A stretch of 64,000 nt of DNA, from contig BTVJ01000002.1 of the NCBI GenBank assembly GCA_045863395.1, positions 64,001-128,000 of the forward strand, given 5' to 3'. Shown piece by piece: positions 9,561-18,567 of this stretch (within the stretch, counting starts at the first letter, position 1; each line of letters opens with the position of its first letter). The translations under genes were made by a program, and so were the position numbers. The notes below the pieces were generated by a model. The model was not told the DNA's origin. It was given only the letters and a program-made list of their open reading frames with translations, and searched no databases. The stretch is from Myxococcales bacterium (lineage in GTDB: Bacteria > Myxococcota_A > UBA9042 > JABWCM01 > BTVJ01).

Positions 9561-10538
9561 CTACCCCGCGTGGTCGCTCCACACGGCGACACGCCGCCCC
9601 ACGACGCGGCCGACGACGTTGCGCAGGATCTGGGACTCCTCCAGCGCACCCTCTCCGAGCACGCCCGGCAGCCACGCGTCCATGACGGCTCGGACGGCAG
9701 GGCCGCGGGCTGCCTCGGCGCCGCTCTGCACCTTGAGCACGAGGCCGAGGCCCCTCTGGGGGAAGGCCATGCAGGCGAGCCCCTCGGCCCCCACCTTGGA
9801 GATCACGGGCTCCGTCGCGCCGCGGACGACCTCCAGGTCGTGGCGCCCGGTGCCGCTGACCAGCTCCGGGTGCGCCAGCATCGCGGCCCCGATGCGCCCG
9901 AGGAGGCCGTCCCGCCCCTGAGTCGCCGTGGCGAGGCAGGCGAAGGCACGTGCCATGGCCGCGAGCTCGGCTACGAAGCACGGCACGCCGCACCCGTCGA
10001 CCACCCACCCCTGCACCCCTCCGGTCCGGGCGTCCACGACGTCACGGATGCGCCGCTGCACGGGGTGGTCCGGGTCCCGGTAGTCCGGCGCGTGACCGCC
10101 GGCCCGCAGGGCGGCGACCATGAAGGTGTGCTTCCCGGAGCAGTTGTTGTGGATGGGCGCTGGCTCCAGGCCCCCGCGCACGAGCTCCCGGGCGGACGGC
10201 TCGTGGACGGGCCAGTGCGCCCCGCAGAGCAGGTCGGCCTCGACCCCCCCGAGTCTGGCGAGCAGGCCCCGGACGCGCTCCACGTGGGCGGGCTCCCCCG
10301 AGTGGCTCGCGGCGCCGACCGCCAGGTCCGCGTCCTCCAGGCTGGCGACGACCTCTGCGCCCAGGAGTGACAGGCTCCCCTCGAGCTGGAGCGGCTTGGC
10401 TCCGCTCCGCCACGTGGTCACCGTCGGCGGCCCGGTGCGCGCCACCTCGGACCCGTCGCTCCTGCTCAGGACTGCCGCGACGGGGTGCGCGCTCTCCGCC
10501 TGGTCTCCGCGCCGCTGCTCGATGTGAAGCCGTGCCAT
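9561..10538 (-). CDS. Class 3 (Rhizobium etli-type) L-asparaginase
   Basis: RSGAKPLQ, ASHSGEPAH, NNCSGKH, DGCGVP and KVGAEG; GGAGG RBS before ATG 10538. Confidence 0.9.
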   Translation of the reverse strand: MARLHIEQRRGDQAESAHPVAAVLSRSDGSEVARTGPPTVTTWRSGAKPLQLEGSLSLLGAEVVASLEDADLAVGAASHSGEPAHVERVRGLLARLGGVEADLLCGAHWPVHEPSARELVRGGLEPAPIHNNCSGKHTFMVAALRAGGHAPDYRDPDHPVQRRIRDVVDARTGGVQGWVVDGCGVPCFVAELAAMARAFACLATATQGRDGLLGRIGAAMLAHPELVSGTGRHDLEVVRGATEPVISKVGAEGLACMAFPQRGLGLVLKVQSGAEAARGPAVRAVMDAWLPGVLGEGALEESQILRNVVGRVVGRRVAVWSDHAG

Positions 10539-10610
10539 CGGGTGCCACCTCCGCGGGCGCCGGAGCATACAGTGCGAACCGTCGTCCAGCCAACTCCATG
10601 GCCTTCCGAC

Positions 10611-10636
10611 CGATCCGTTCCAGGGGCGCGAGCGTA
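10611..10636 (+). promoter_or_regulatory. Candidate ECF promoter CGATCC-N16-CGTA upstream of the ECF sigma gene
   Basis: One mismatch to the TGATCC-N16-CGTA type motif described for RpoE-ChrR-like ECF factors. Confidence 0.35.
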
Positions 10637-10773
10637 GCGTCAGTGTGTCACAGGGTCCCAGCGGTGCGCCCCCGCGGGATCGGAGCCAGCGTGGGGCAGC
10701 ATTGGGCCAAGGGGCGCGCGGACGTGGCTGCCCAGGCTCCGGAGGCGGACAGCGGTGCAGGCGAGCCCTCGGA

Positions 10774-10801
10774 TTGACGGATCATGGCGCCGTGGTAGCA
10801 T
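10774..10801 (+). promoter_or_regulatory. Candidate sigma70 promoter TTGACG-16-TAGCAT
   Basis: Direct sequence match ending 25 bp before GTG 10827. Confidence 0.5.
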
Positions 10802-10826
10802 GAGCCCTCCCTTGCAGAGGTATGCC

Positions 10827-11381
10827 GTGTTCCAGTCAAATGACGACAGCGACACTGCCCTGATGCTCGCCATTGCTGGCGGTGGGCAGCAGGCGCTCGC
10901 GGCACTGTATGATCGCTACGCCTCGCTGATGTTGGCTGTCGCCCTGCGGGTGGTCGGCGATCAGAGAGAGGCCGAGGATCTGCTCCACGACATCTTCCTG
11001 GAGCTCTGGCGCTCTGCCGGCGACTACGATCCGGGCAGGGGTACGGTGCGCGCGTGGCTCTTGCTTCGGACGCGGTGTCGCGCCATCGACCGGCGCCGCT
11101 CTCCGCGCATCGCCCGCTGCGAGTCCCTCGACGATGGGAGGGAGCGCGCGCACCCTCTGGCGCCCGATCCGGCGAGCGCCTCGGACGCCGAGCGGCTACG
11201 CGGGGCCCTGGGCACTCTGCCCCACGAGCAGCGTCGGGTCCTTGAGCTCGGCTACTTCGACGGGCTCTCCTCGACCGAGATCGCCGCCATGACAGGTGTG
11301 CCGGTCGGGACCGTCAAGTCGCGGGTGGCTGCAGCGCGCGCCAAGCTGAGAGAGATGCTCACCGGGGAGGGGGAACCATGA
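10827..11381 (+). CDS. ECF RNA polymerase sigma factor (alternative start 10800)
   Basis: ALAALYDRY, EAEDLLHDIFLELW, YDPGRG..RAWL and GLSSTEIA..GVPVGTVKSR; GAGG RBS before GTG 10827. Confidence 0.92.
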   Translation: MFQSNDDSDTALMLAIAGGGQQALAALYDRYASLMLAVALRVVGDQREAEDLLHDIFLELWRSAGDYDPGRGTVRAWLLLRTRCRAIDRRRSPRIARCESLDDGRERAHPLAPDPASASDAERLRGALGTLPHEQRRVLELGYFDGLSSTEIAAMTGVPVGTVKSRVAAARAKLREMLTGEGEP

Positions 11382-11986
11382 CGAAGCACCAGGGAATGGG
11401 CGGTCCGCGGGCCAGTGCGGCGCCGATGGGCCACGAAGGAAGCCGCGAGTGGGACGAGCGGCTCGCGCCCGAGCTGGAGATGCTGGCGCTGGCCCTGGAG
11501 CCGGTGATGCCGTCTCCAGAGGTACGCGCACGCGTCCTGCGCGGCGCGGCGGCAACGAGCCGCTTCGACGAATTCTCCGCACGGGTGGCCGCGCTCCTCG
11601 ACCTGGCGGTGGATGCGGCGCGCGCGCTGCTGGCCCGCATCGACGACCCGTCGGTCTGGGAGCCGGGTCCAGCCATGGGAGTGAGCCTCTATCACGTGCA
11701 GGGGGGCGCGGCCGCTGCGGGCGCCATCACGGGGTTCGTCCGGATTCCGGCCGGCGGCTCGTTCCCCCACCACCGCCATCTGGGCGACGAGCACGTCCTG
11801 ATCCTCCAGGGGGCTTGCGACGACGGTGCGCGCGTGTCCCGGCGCGGGGACCTGGTCTCCATGCCCCCCGACACCGAGCACGACCTGCGGGTCCTTCCGG
11901 GCCCACCGCTCGTCTATCTGGCCGTGGTGCACGGGGGGGTGCAGATAGGTGAGCTCGTCCTGCGGCCCGGCGACCCCAGGGCCTGA
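11378..11986 (+). CDS. ChrR-like cupin-domain soluble anti-sigma factor
   Basis: ATGA overlap with the sigma gene; anti-sigma-like helix LEPVMPSPEVRARVL; cupin FPHHRHLGDEHVLILQG...GD..H; no TM segment. Confidence 0.8.
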   Translation: MTKHQGMGGPRASAAPMGHEGSREWDERLAPELEMLALALEPVMPSPEVRARVLRGAAATSRFDEFSARVAALLDLAVDAARALLARIDDPSVWEPGPAMGVSLYHVQGGAAAAGAITGFVRIPAGGSFPHHRHLGDEHVLILQGACDDGARVSRRGDLVSMPPDTEHDLRVLPGPPLVYLAVVHGGVQIGELVLRPGDPRA

Positions 11987-11991
11987 CGGCC

Positions 11992-12537
11992 TCAGCCCCG
12001 CAGCCCGAGCAGGTAGAACGCGCTGATCACGAGCGTGTGATCGATGCGGCCGGCCCGGATCATCTCTGGAATTGCGGTCAGCGGGGCGGTCACGACCTCG
12101 ATGTGCTCCCCGTCGTCGGGCCTGGGCTCCGCCACTTTGCGGGCGTTGCGGATGAGCCAGGTGGTGCACTCGGTGTCCTGGATGGCCGGGTTCGGCCGGA
12201 CGGCGCCCAGCCGCTCAGGGGCGTCTCCCGCATATCCGGTCTCCTCGAGGAGCTCGCGGGCCGCCGCCGTTCCAGGATCTTCACCCGCGTCCACCATGCC
12301 GCCGACGATCTCCAGGGTGACGCGGTCGACGCCGTGGCGGTACTGCTCCACGAGGACGACGTCCTGCTGCGGTGTGAGGGCGACGACGTTGACCCACGAG
12401 GGCGTGCGCAGCACCTGATACTCCCCGACCAGCCCCGTCCTCGACGAGCGACGCCAGATCCGCTGCACGGCGAACACAGCATACCTGTCGATTGCTCCCT
12501 CCCGCACGGTCTCCCACCTCTCCAGCGTCTTTGCCAT
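11992..12537 (-). CDS. NUDIX hydrolase (ADP-ribose pyrophosphatase-like)
   Basis: Nudix box GGMVDAGEDPGTAAARELLEETGY; VEQYRH; AGGAGG RBS. Confidence 0.92.
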   Translation of the reverse strand: MAKTLERWETVREGAIDRYAVFAVQRIWRRSSRTGLVGEYQVLRTPSWVNVVALTPQQDVVLVEQYRHGVDRVTLEIVGGMVDAGEDPGTAAARELLEETGYAGDAPERLGAVRPNPAIQDTECTTWLIRNARKVAEPRPDDGEHIEVVTAPLTAIPEMIRAGRIDHTLVISAFYLLGLRG

Positions 12538-12621
12538 GGGTCCTCCTGTGCCCGCCACCGTACCCGGAGCCGGGGCGCTCGTCGAGTGCGGCGGAGTCGC
12601 GAGGTCGGTGAGGGCCCCGTG

Positions 12622-12650
12622 TTGTATTGACTGAGGGCGCGGGGTAGGCT
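12622..12650 (+). promoter_or_regulatory. Candidate sigma70 promoter TTGTAT-17-TAGGCT
   Basis: Direct match upstream of the GGAGG RBS and ATG 12685. Confidence 0.45.
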
Positions 12651-12684
12651 GGTGCTGCGCGGGTCGGGCGCGGAGGATCTCACG

Positions 12685-15600
12685 ATGAAGACATCATGGC
12701 TGCTCGCCGTGTGCGTGGCCGCCTTGGCCATGGGCTGCACCGACCCGGCTGACTCCACATCGGACCTGGGCGCGACCCCTGACGGGTTCGCCGACGTCTC
12801 GGTGGAGGATGGCGCTGCCCCAACGGACACTGCCGGGGACGCGGGCGGGGGGCTCGACGTCCTCCACCGGCAGGATATCGCACCAGACGCCGCGCAGGAC
12901 TCCTGGGAGCCCATCGACATTGGCGGCGACCTGGGGGTGCCAGAGGACGTAGCTCTCGACACGGACGCTCTCCAGGACGCCGGCGCCGATGTGGATGCCG
13001 TCAGCCCTCCAACGGAGCCCACCCTCCCGTACTTTGTCTCCGAGTCGGAGATCCTGTGGTACTGCGCGTCCGAGTCCCAGCCCGACCAGTGCAAGTTCGT
13101 GCTCACACGATTCCAGGACGCCCTCGGCGGAGAGGCACACTGGATGAACCCCACGTTCTACACGCTCCACGACGAGTGGTACTGGTTTCGTTTGCTCAAT
13201 GGTGACGCAATCTCCGGCTATTCCGTGGAGCCCGTCCAGGGATTGGAATTCTCTACCGTTCAAGAGGTGATCGACTGGGCCAAACAACAGACCGTACTCC
13301 CCCTGGGGCTGTCGTGGTACGGAGAGCGGCTGTACTCGTCCAAGTTCTACGCGGACTCCTTCGGCGAGTCGCGCTTCTTCGGCGTCGGCTCCCTGCTCCA
13401 CTTCGACGCGAACCCTGAGCGGGTGCTCCCCGAGGAGCTGTGGCTGTTCGATCTGGAGTTCGTCGACAAGCTGACAGAGAAGCAGCTCGCCGCCTTCTTC
13501 GGCCGTCTCTCCGAGGTCCTCCCGCCGTCCGTCGCGTCTCAGCTCAAGTGGCTGGTGCGGTCCTCGGGGCAGGAGATCCTCGCGCAGTCCATCGAGGCGG
13601 CGGGCGGTCCGCTTGCCGGGCGCATCGTGCGCTATGAGCAGCTCGTCGTGAAGGGAGACGAGGTCGGCTACAACCCCGGGATCACCGCCGGGACCGTCCG
13701 AGTGGTGCCCAAGGGGGCAGGTGGCGGCTCCTATTCGGCTAGCGAGATAGTCGTCCTGTCGGAGGTGCCCGACTATCTCCCGCCGGTGGCGGGCATCGTG
13801 ACGGCAGTCCCACAGACGCCGCTCGCGCACCTCAACCTGCTGGCAAAGAGCCGCGGGACGCCCAACGCCTATGTCGCCGGCATCGAGTCGCACCCGGGGG
13901 TGCTGGAGTGGGACAAGTGGGACGCGCCCGTCATCTTGAAGGTCATGGACGACGGCGTCCTCTGGCACCCGATCACGAAGCCCGAGTACGACACGTGGAA
14001 GTCAATGAAGGTGCAGAAGACCTTCGAGATCCCGCCCATCGATCTGACGAATGCGCCTCTGACCGTCGATCTGGGGCAGGGCGGCGTCGGGGCCGTCGAG
14101 GGGCTGGTCCCGCTGTGTGGCGGAAAGGCCTCGGGGGTGCTGGCCTTCAACGACCTCCCCGACCTGGATCGCCCGGACCTCCCCCTCTGTCTGACCATCC
14201 GCGCGTACGCGGAGCACATGGAGTCGCTGGAGCCGACCATCCAGGCGGTCCTGGAGGACCCGGAGTTCGCCACGGACGCTCTCGTCCGGTTCGTCGTGCT
14301 CGAGGGCCCAAAGGAGTTCCTGGCCCAGCACCCGGGCGTTCAGAGCGCCGCGTGGCTCGCGTCGTTCAAGGCGAGCCACGACGGGACCACTCTGCTCGGC
14401 TCGGTCCTCGCCAAGGAGGGGGTCAAGGGGCTGGTCCGGTCAAAGGTGATCAAGCCCTCGACGCTTCAGGCCATCACCGCAACTCTGCAGGCGCGCTACG
14501 CGACCTTTGCTGATTCGCAGGGGCTGCGGTTCCGCTCCTCGTCCACCGCGGAGGACGTCCCGGGCTTCAATGGGGCCGGCCTCTACGACTCGAACACGGG
14601 CTACCTGAAGCCGCTCCTTCAGACCGACCCCGACGAGAAGAAGAAGTCCATCCAGTGGGCAATCTTGAAGACGTGGGCCTCGTACTGGACCTATGAGGCC
14701 TTCGAGGAGCGCCAGGCGGCTGGCATCGAGCACCTGAGCGGAGACATGGGCCTCTTGATCCACGCCCGGTTCGACGACGACCTGGAGGTCTCGAACGGGG
14801 TGATAACGACCTACCTCGCCCGGGGCCAATATGGCGACACGTTCCGCATGGTGGTCAACGTGCAGAAGGGCGCCCTCAGCGTGACCAACCCCGAGCCGGG
14901 CAACCCCGCGAAGCCCGAGATCGACGTGGTGGAGGACTGGGGAAGCGGCCCCAAGATCACGCGAGTGCAGGCGTCCACGGAGGCTGAGCCCGGCGAGCTG
15001 CTGCTGGACGACGGGCGCCTCCTGTGGATGTTCGGGCACATGCGTGTCCTGACCGCGCTGTGGCTCGACACGGCCAACGGCTCACTGCCGGAAGCCCAGC
15101 AGAGCCTCTCACAGGTCCTGGATCTGGAGTTCAGACACATGGCGCCGGGGTGGCCTGCGCTGGCGTCGGGACAGGTCCACCCGGAGCGCTTCGTGTTCAA
15201 GCAGGTCCGCACCCTCGACGAGACGCAGCCGGTTCCTCCGGCCATCGAGGTGCTCCCCGTGCCCGGAGACGTCATCGGAAAGTCGATGAAGGTGCAGCGC
15301 CGAACCTGTACGACGGCCTGGTTCACGCTGGAGACCGTGGAGGTCTATACGGACCCAGCCAAATCCTGGGCCTTCGACTACAGCAAGGAGCCCTTCAACG
15401 GGTACGTGAAGTGGACCCTGACCAAGCCGATCCCCGGCTTCACGACTCCCGTCGGTGTGCCGCTGACGCTCCTCCACACGGACTTTGCGCTCCAGGCTCA
15501 CCCCTTCATGCACCACGGCCCGTGGGATCTCTATCTGGAGCTGAAGCCCTCGGCCGCCTCCACCGTGGGCTTCGACACCTTCACCATGTACGTGTGGGGC

Positions 15601-15711
15601 GACTGGACCGTGACCGCGGGCTCGGCGTACTTCGGAGACGCCCAGGGCTCGTGCGCGGTCAAGGACCTCCTGATCAGCCCGGCGGCATACCTCGAGTCGC
15701 TCTTGCCATAG
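12685..15711 (+). CDS. Predicted lipoprotein with phosphohistidine swivel domain and PPDK/PEP-synthase-type nucleotide-binding domain (dikinase-like)
   Basis: Lipobox ALAMGC; acidic linker; QTPLAHLNLLAKSRGTPN; GGKA; RFRSSSTAED..GFNGAGLYDS; TWASYW; DLEF; KQVR. Confidence 0.82.
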   Translation: MKTSWLLAVCVAALAMGCTDPADSTSDLGATPDGFADVSVEDGAAPTDTAGDAGGGLDVLHRQDIAPDAAQDSWEPIDIGGDLGVPEDVALDTDALQDAGADVDAVSPPTEPTLPYFVSESEILWYCASESQPDQCKFVLTRFQDALGGEAHWMNPTFYTLHDEWYWFRLLNGDAISGYSVEPVQGLEFSTVQEVIDWAKQQTVLPLGLSWYGERLYSSKFYADSFGESRFFGVGSLLHFDANPERVLPEELWLFDLEFVDKLTEKQLAAFFGRLSEVLPPSVASQLKWLVRSSGQEILAQSIEAAGGPLAGRIVRYEQLVVKGDEVGYNPGITAGTVRVVPKGAGGGSYSASEIVVLSEVPDYLPPVAGIVTAVPQTPLAHLNLLAKSRGTPNAYVAGIESHPGVLEWDKWDAPVILKVMDDGVLWHPITKPEYDTWKSMKVQKTFEIPPIDLTNAPLTVDLGQGGVGAVEGLVPLCGGKASGVLAFNDLPDLDRPDLPLCLTIRAYAEHMESLEPTIQAVLEDPEFATDALVRFVVLEGPKEFLAQHPGVQSAAWLASFKASHDGTTLLGSVLAKEGVKGLVRSKVIKPSTLQAITATLQARYATFADSQGLRFRSSSTAEDVPGFNGAGLYDSNTGYLKPLLQTDPDEKKKSIQWAILKTWASYWTYEAFEERQAAGIEHLSGDMGLLIHARFDDDLEVSNGVITTYLARGQYGDTFRMVVNVQKGALSVTNPEPGNPAKPEIDVVEDWGSGPKITRVQASTEAEPGELLLDDGRLLWMFGHMRVLTALWLDTANGSLPEAQQSLSQVLDLEFRHMAPGWPALASGQVHPERFVFKQVRTLDETQPVPPAIEVLPVPGDVIGKSMKVQRRTCTTAWFTLETVEVYTDPAKSWAFDYSKEPFNGYVKWTLTKPIPGFTTPVGVPLTLLHTDFALQAHPFMHHGPWDLYLELKPSAASTVGFDTFTMYVWGDWTVTAGSAYFGDAQGSCAVKDLLISPAAYLESLLP

Positions 15712-15859
15712 TCCAGTCAGCCCTCCCATGGGGCCCGCCCCGCGCAGGTGGCCGAGATCTGGGCCGATCGCATGTGTTGCCACTTCGCTTCCAGCGCCAT
15801 GTTTCGACGCCTCATACGCTGCTGCACCCCGGTATTTGACAAGGTTCGGGAGATTCATG

Positions 15860-15889
15860 TTGACAGGGGACAGAGACAGGGGTTAGTTT
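15860..15889 (+). promoter_or_regulatory. Candidate sigma70 promoter TTGACA-18-TAGTTT; a second TTGACA lies at 15836-15841
   Basis: Perfect -35 hexamer in an AT-richer intergenic region. Confidence 0.55.
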
Positions 15890-15976
15890 CGTTCTCCAGT
15901 GAGACCCGATGACCGGTCGGACTCCCGGGAATCGGGACTGCCGATGTAGCTGACCAGAAACAAAGGATGTGACAAC

Positions 15977-16666
15977 ATGAGACTTTCGCTGGACCTGAAG
16001 GGTCCCGAGCTGGAGGTCGCGCTCAAGTCGAACGCGATTCAGCTCCGCAATGGGACCAACTCCGTGGAGATCAAGGTCTCCGAGCTGTCGTCGCTGATTC
16101 GCCAGCTCGAGCTGGTGACGCAGCTCATCAGCATCTCGGGCGGGTACGAGGCGCCGAAGGCCGAGGCTGCCGCTCCCGCTCCCGCGGCGGCCCCCGCCGC
16201 GGCTCCGCCCGCCCCCGTGAAGGCGGCTCCCCAGGCACCTCCGGCCAAGGCCGAGGCGCCCAAGGCTGCGCCTGCCAAGGCCGTTGCGGCGCCTGCCCCG
16301 GTGAAGGCCGCGCCTGCCAAGGTCGCCCCTGCCAAGGCCGCCGCGCCTGCTCCGGCGAAGGCCGCCGCGCCCGCCCCCTCGAAGGCCGCCGCTCCGGCGA
16401 AGGCCGCTCCGGCGAAGGCCGCTCCCGCCCCGGCGAAGGCCGCTCCCGCCGCCAAGCCCAAGGGACCGGAGACTCCGCTCCGCGAGCACTTCGAGAGGTT
16501 CATCAAGCAGCGCGGCTCCGCCAGCACCGACGAGCTGATCGAGTTCGTCCGCAAGAACAAGCTGTCCGAGAAGCCCAACCTGAAGCTGGCGGTGACCATC
16601 GCCATCGGGCGTGAGGCGCGCCGGTTCCAGAAGGACGACAACGGCCGCTGGATTCTGCGGGACTGA
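15977..16666 (+). CDS. Ala/Lys/Pro-rich (histone H1-like linker) protein with small N- and C-terminal domains; candidate nucleoid-associated protein
   Basis: AAAGGA RBS; about 100-aa (A)PAKA repeat tract; basic C-terminal domain with a helical then short beta-strand pattern. Confidence 0.75.
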   Translation: MRLSLDLKGPELEVALKSNAIQLRNGTNSVEIKVSELSSLIRQLELVTQLISISGGYEAPKAEAAAPAPAAAPAAAPPAPVKAAPQAPPAKAEAPKAAPAKAVAAPAPVKAAPAKVAPAKAAAPAPAKAAAPAPSKAAAPAKAAPAKAAPAPAKAAPAAKPKGPETPLREHFERFIKQRGSASTDELIEFVRKNKLSEKPNLKLAVTIAIGREARRFQKDDNGRWILRD

Positions 16667-16688
16667 GGTTCGCTCAGATACGATCTCG

Positions 16689-16736
16689 CGGATCACCGCT
16701 TCGCGGCTCTGCCCCGTGTCGCGAAGCGGTGATCCG
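16689..16736 (+). terminator. Strong hairpin (17-bp perfect stem) between convergent genes; likely terminator
   Basis: CGGATCACCGCTTCGCG (16689-16705) pairs with CGCGAAGCGGTGATCCG (16720-16736); a pyrimidine-rich run follows rather than poly-U. Confidence 0.6.
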
Positions 16737-16884
16737 ATCTCCCCTCTCTCGCCCCTACGACAGACTCGACTCATCGTCGAGAAACTCCCCGCTGTCTCGC
16801 GCAGCAGTCCTGGCAGGCGCTGGCAAGGTCCCCCGCCGCGACCGGGCCCACGCGCTTGCGGCGGGGCACCTCGGCGATGTGCTC

Positions 16885-18567
16885 TCAGGGCGCTCGTGTG
16901 GGCTCTGCGTCGCCCAGGGCGTGCCAGAGAGTGAATGCGCCCCAGGTGCCAACCTGACGCAGGGGAGGCATCCCCGGGAGCACCTCGGGGAGTCTGGCTG
17001 GCTCCTGCGTAAGCACCCACCCGGTCGCGCAGCGGCCCTCGGGGGCCTGTACCCCAGGGAATGTCCGCAGCGGCGGGGTGGGGCGCCCGTCGGTCTTCAG
17101 CGCGTACCCGCTCTCCGTGGGGTAGGGTGGGGCGGCGCAGAGGGCCTCTCTGCTGGGCGCCGTGTCGCCCTCGTCGATGCGCAGCGTCGGCCGGTCGCAC
17201 CATACGGAGGGGTAGATCAGATCGTGGCGGCCCACCACGAGGACGCTGCGCGGGTCGCCGGAGCTGCGCACCACGGCGCACGCCACGGAGAGGTCGCGCC
17301 AGTCTCCGAGGTAGAAGCTCTCTGGAGTCGGGCTGAGCAAGGCGATGAGGCTCCCGTGAGTGTGGCCGTTGCCCCGCACCAGGAGGAGCCCGTTGCTCGT
17401 CGCGCTGAGGAGCACCCAGACCGCGCCTGCCACGATGGCCAGGCGGTCGCAGACCCTCGGGTGAGCCGGCAGCGCGCGGTAGAGCACTGCCCTGCCGCCG
17501 AGCAGCAGATCGCTCAGCAGAAATGGGGCGATGGGAAGGAGATAGCGCCCGTGCTTCCACTCGAGCCCGAGGAGGACGACCAGGGTCGCAAGCACGTAGC
17601 AGTCGCTGAGCTGAACCCCCCGGGCGCGGATGCGGATGACGGCTCCGAGGACCATGACGCTGCCAGCGACCAGACCGGTGAGCGCAGGAAAGGCTCGTGG
17701 CAGGTCCAGGACCGCCGCGATGCGGCTGGCGCGAAAGAGGAGGTCTCCCAGGGCGGCGGTCAGACCGAAGAAGTCCGACGGCATGAACGTCGTCTGGCGC
17801 GCGGAGTAGAACACCCAGCTCAACCCGGCGGACGTGTCTGCCGCCACGGACAACCGCCACGCGATGGTCATGGCGCCGCCCAGCGCGCCCACCAGCACCG
17901 CTGGGAGTGCGGCGCGGACCCGACCCGACAGGGGCAGCCCGCGGCCGGCGAGCAGCCCCTGGGCGACGACGGCCGCGCCCAGCGTGACGCCGACGAAGCG
18001 GGTCAGGGTCGCGGCCCCGAGCAGCAGCCCGCCGAGCACCGCCCAGCGCCAGCGGTGCGGAGAGGCGCCCATGCGGTGGAGGACGAGCAGGAGCCCCAGA
18101 GAGCACGCGGTGAAGGGCCACTCGGACATCACGCGGATGCCCAGCAGGAACGCCGTCGCGAGCATGGCGACCGCGAGGGTCACGAGGCGCGCGTGGGGGC
18201 GGCTCTCCTGGGCCAGGAGGTGAATGGACGCCCACAGAGAGAGGATGACGGTCCCGAGGATGACCAGCTTCGCGGCCACCACGCCGTCGAACCCCAGGGC
18301 AATGGGGATGGCGAGGAGGGTCGAGAGGCCCGGCGGCCAGTCTGCGATGCGGAAGCCGCCGAAGGTGAACGCCCCGTGCTCAGCGATGGAGCGCGCCCCC
18401 ACGAGGTACATGACGTTGTCGTAGGTGTCCGGCAGCAGATACGGGTTGAGGGCCAGGCCGTAGAGCGCGCAGGACGCGAGGAGCGTCAGCGCCGTGAAGG
18501 TGCGCCTGGACAGCTCGGGGAAGAGGACGATGGGCGTGGCCGCGTCGCTGGGACGGACGCGGATCAT
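16885..18567 (-). CDS. Polytopic GT-C fold glycosyltransferase (PMT/ArnT-like)
   Basis: Real start MIRVRP at 18567 (ATGA overlap with the upstream gene); D..MYL after TM1, WPPG, MSEWPF, LTRFVG, RYLLPI; many TM helices. Confidence 0.75.
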   Translation of the reverse strand: MIRVRPSDAATPIVLFPELSRRTFTALTLLASCALYGLALNPYLLPDTYDNVMYLVGARSIAEHGAFTFGGFRIADWPPGLSTLLAIPIALGFDGVVAAKLVILGTVILSLWASIHLLAQESRPHARLVTLAVAMLATAFLLGIRVMSEWPFTACSLGLLLVLHRMGASPHRWRWAVLGGLLLGAATLTRFVGVTLGAAVVAQGLLAGRGLPLSGRVRAALPAVLVGALGGAMTIAWRLSVAADTSAGLSWVFYSARQTTFMPSDFFGLTAALGDLLFRASRIAAVLDLPRAFPALTGLVAGSVMVLGAVIRIRARGVQLSDCYVLATLVVLLGLEWKHGRYLLPIAPFLLSDLLLGGRAVLYRALPAHPRVCDRLAIVAGAVWVLLSATSNGLLLVRGNGHTHGSLIALLSPTPESFYLGDWRDLSVACAVVRSSGDPRSVLVVGRHDLIYPSVWCDRPTLRIDEGDTAPSREALCAAPPYPTESGYALKTDGRPTPPLRTFPGVQAPEGRCATGWVLTQEPARLPEVLPGMPPLRQVGTWGAFTLWHALGDAEPTRAP

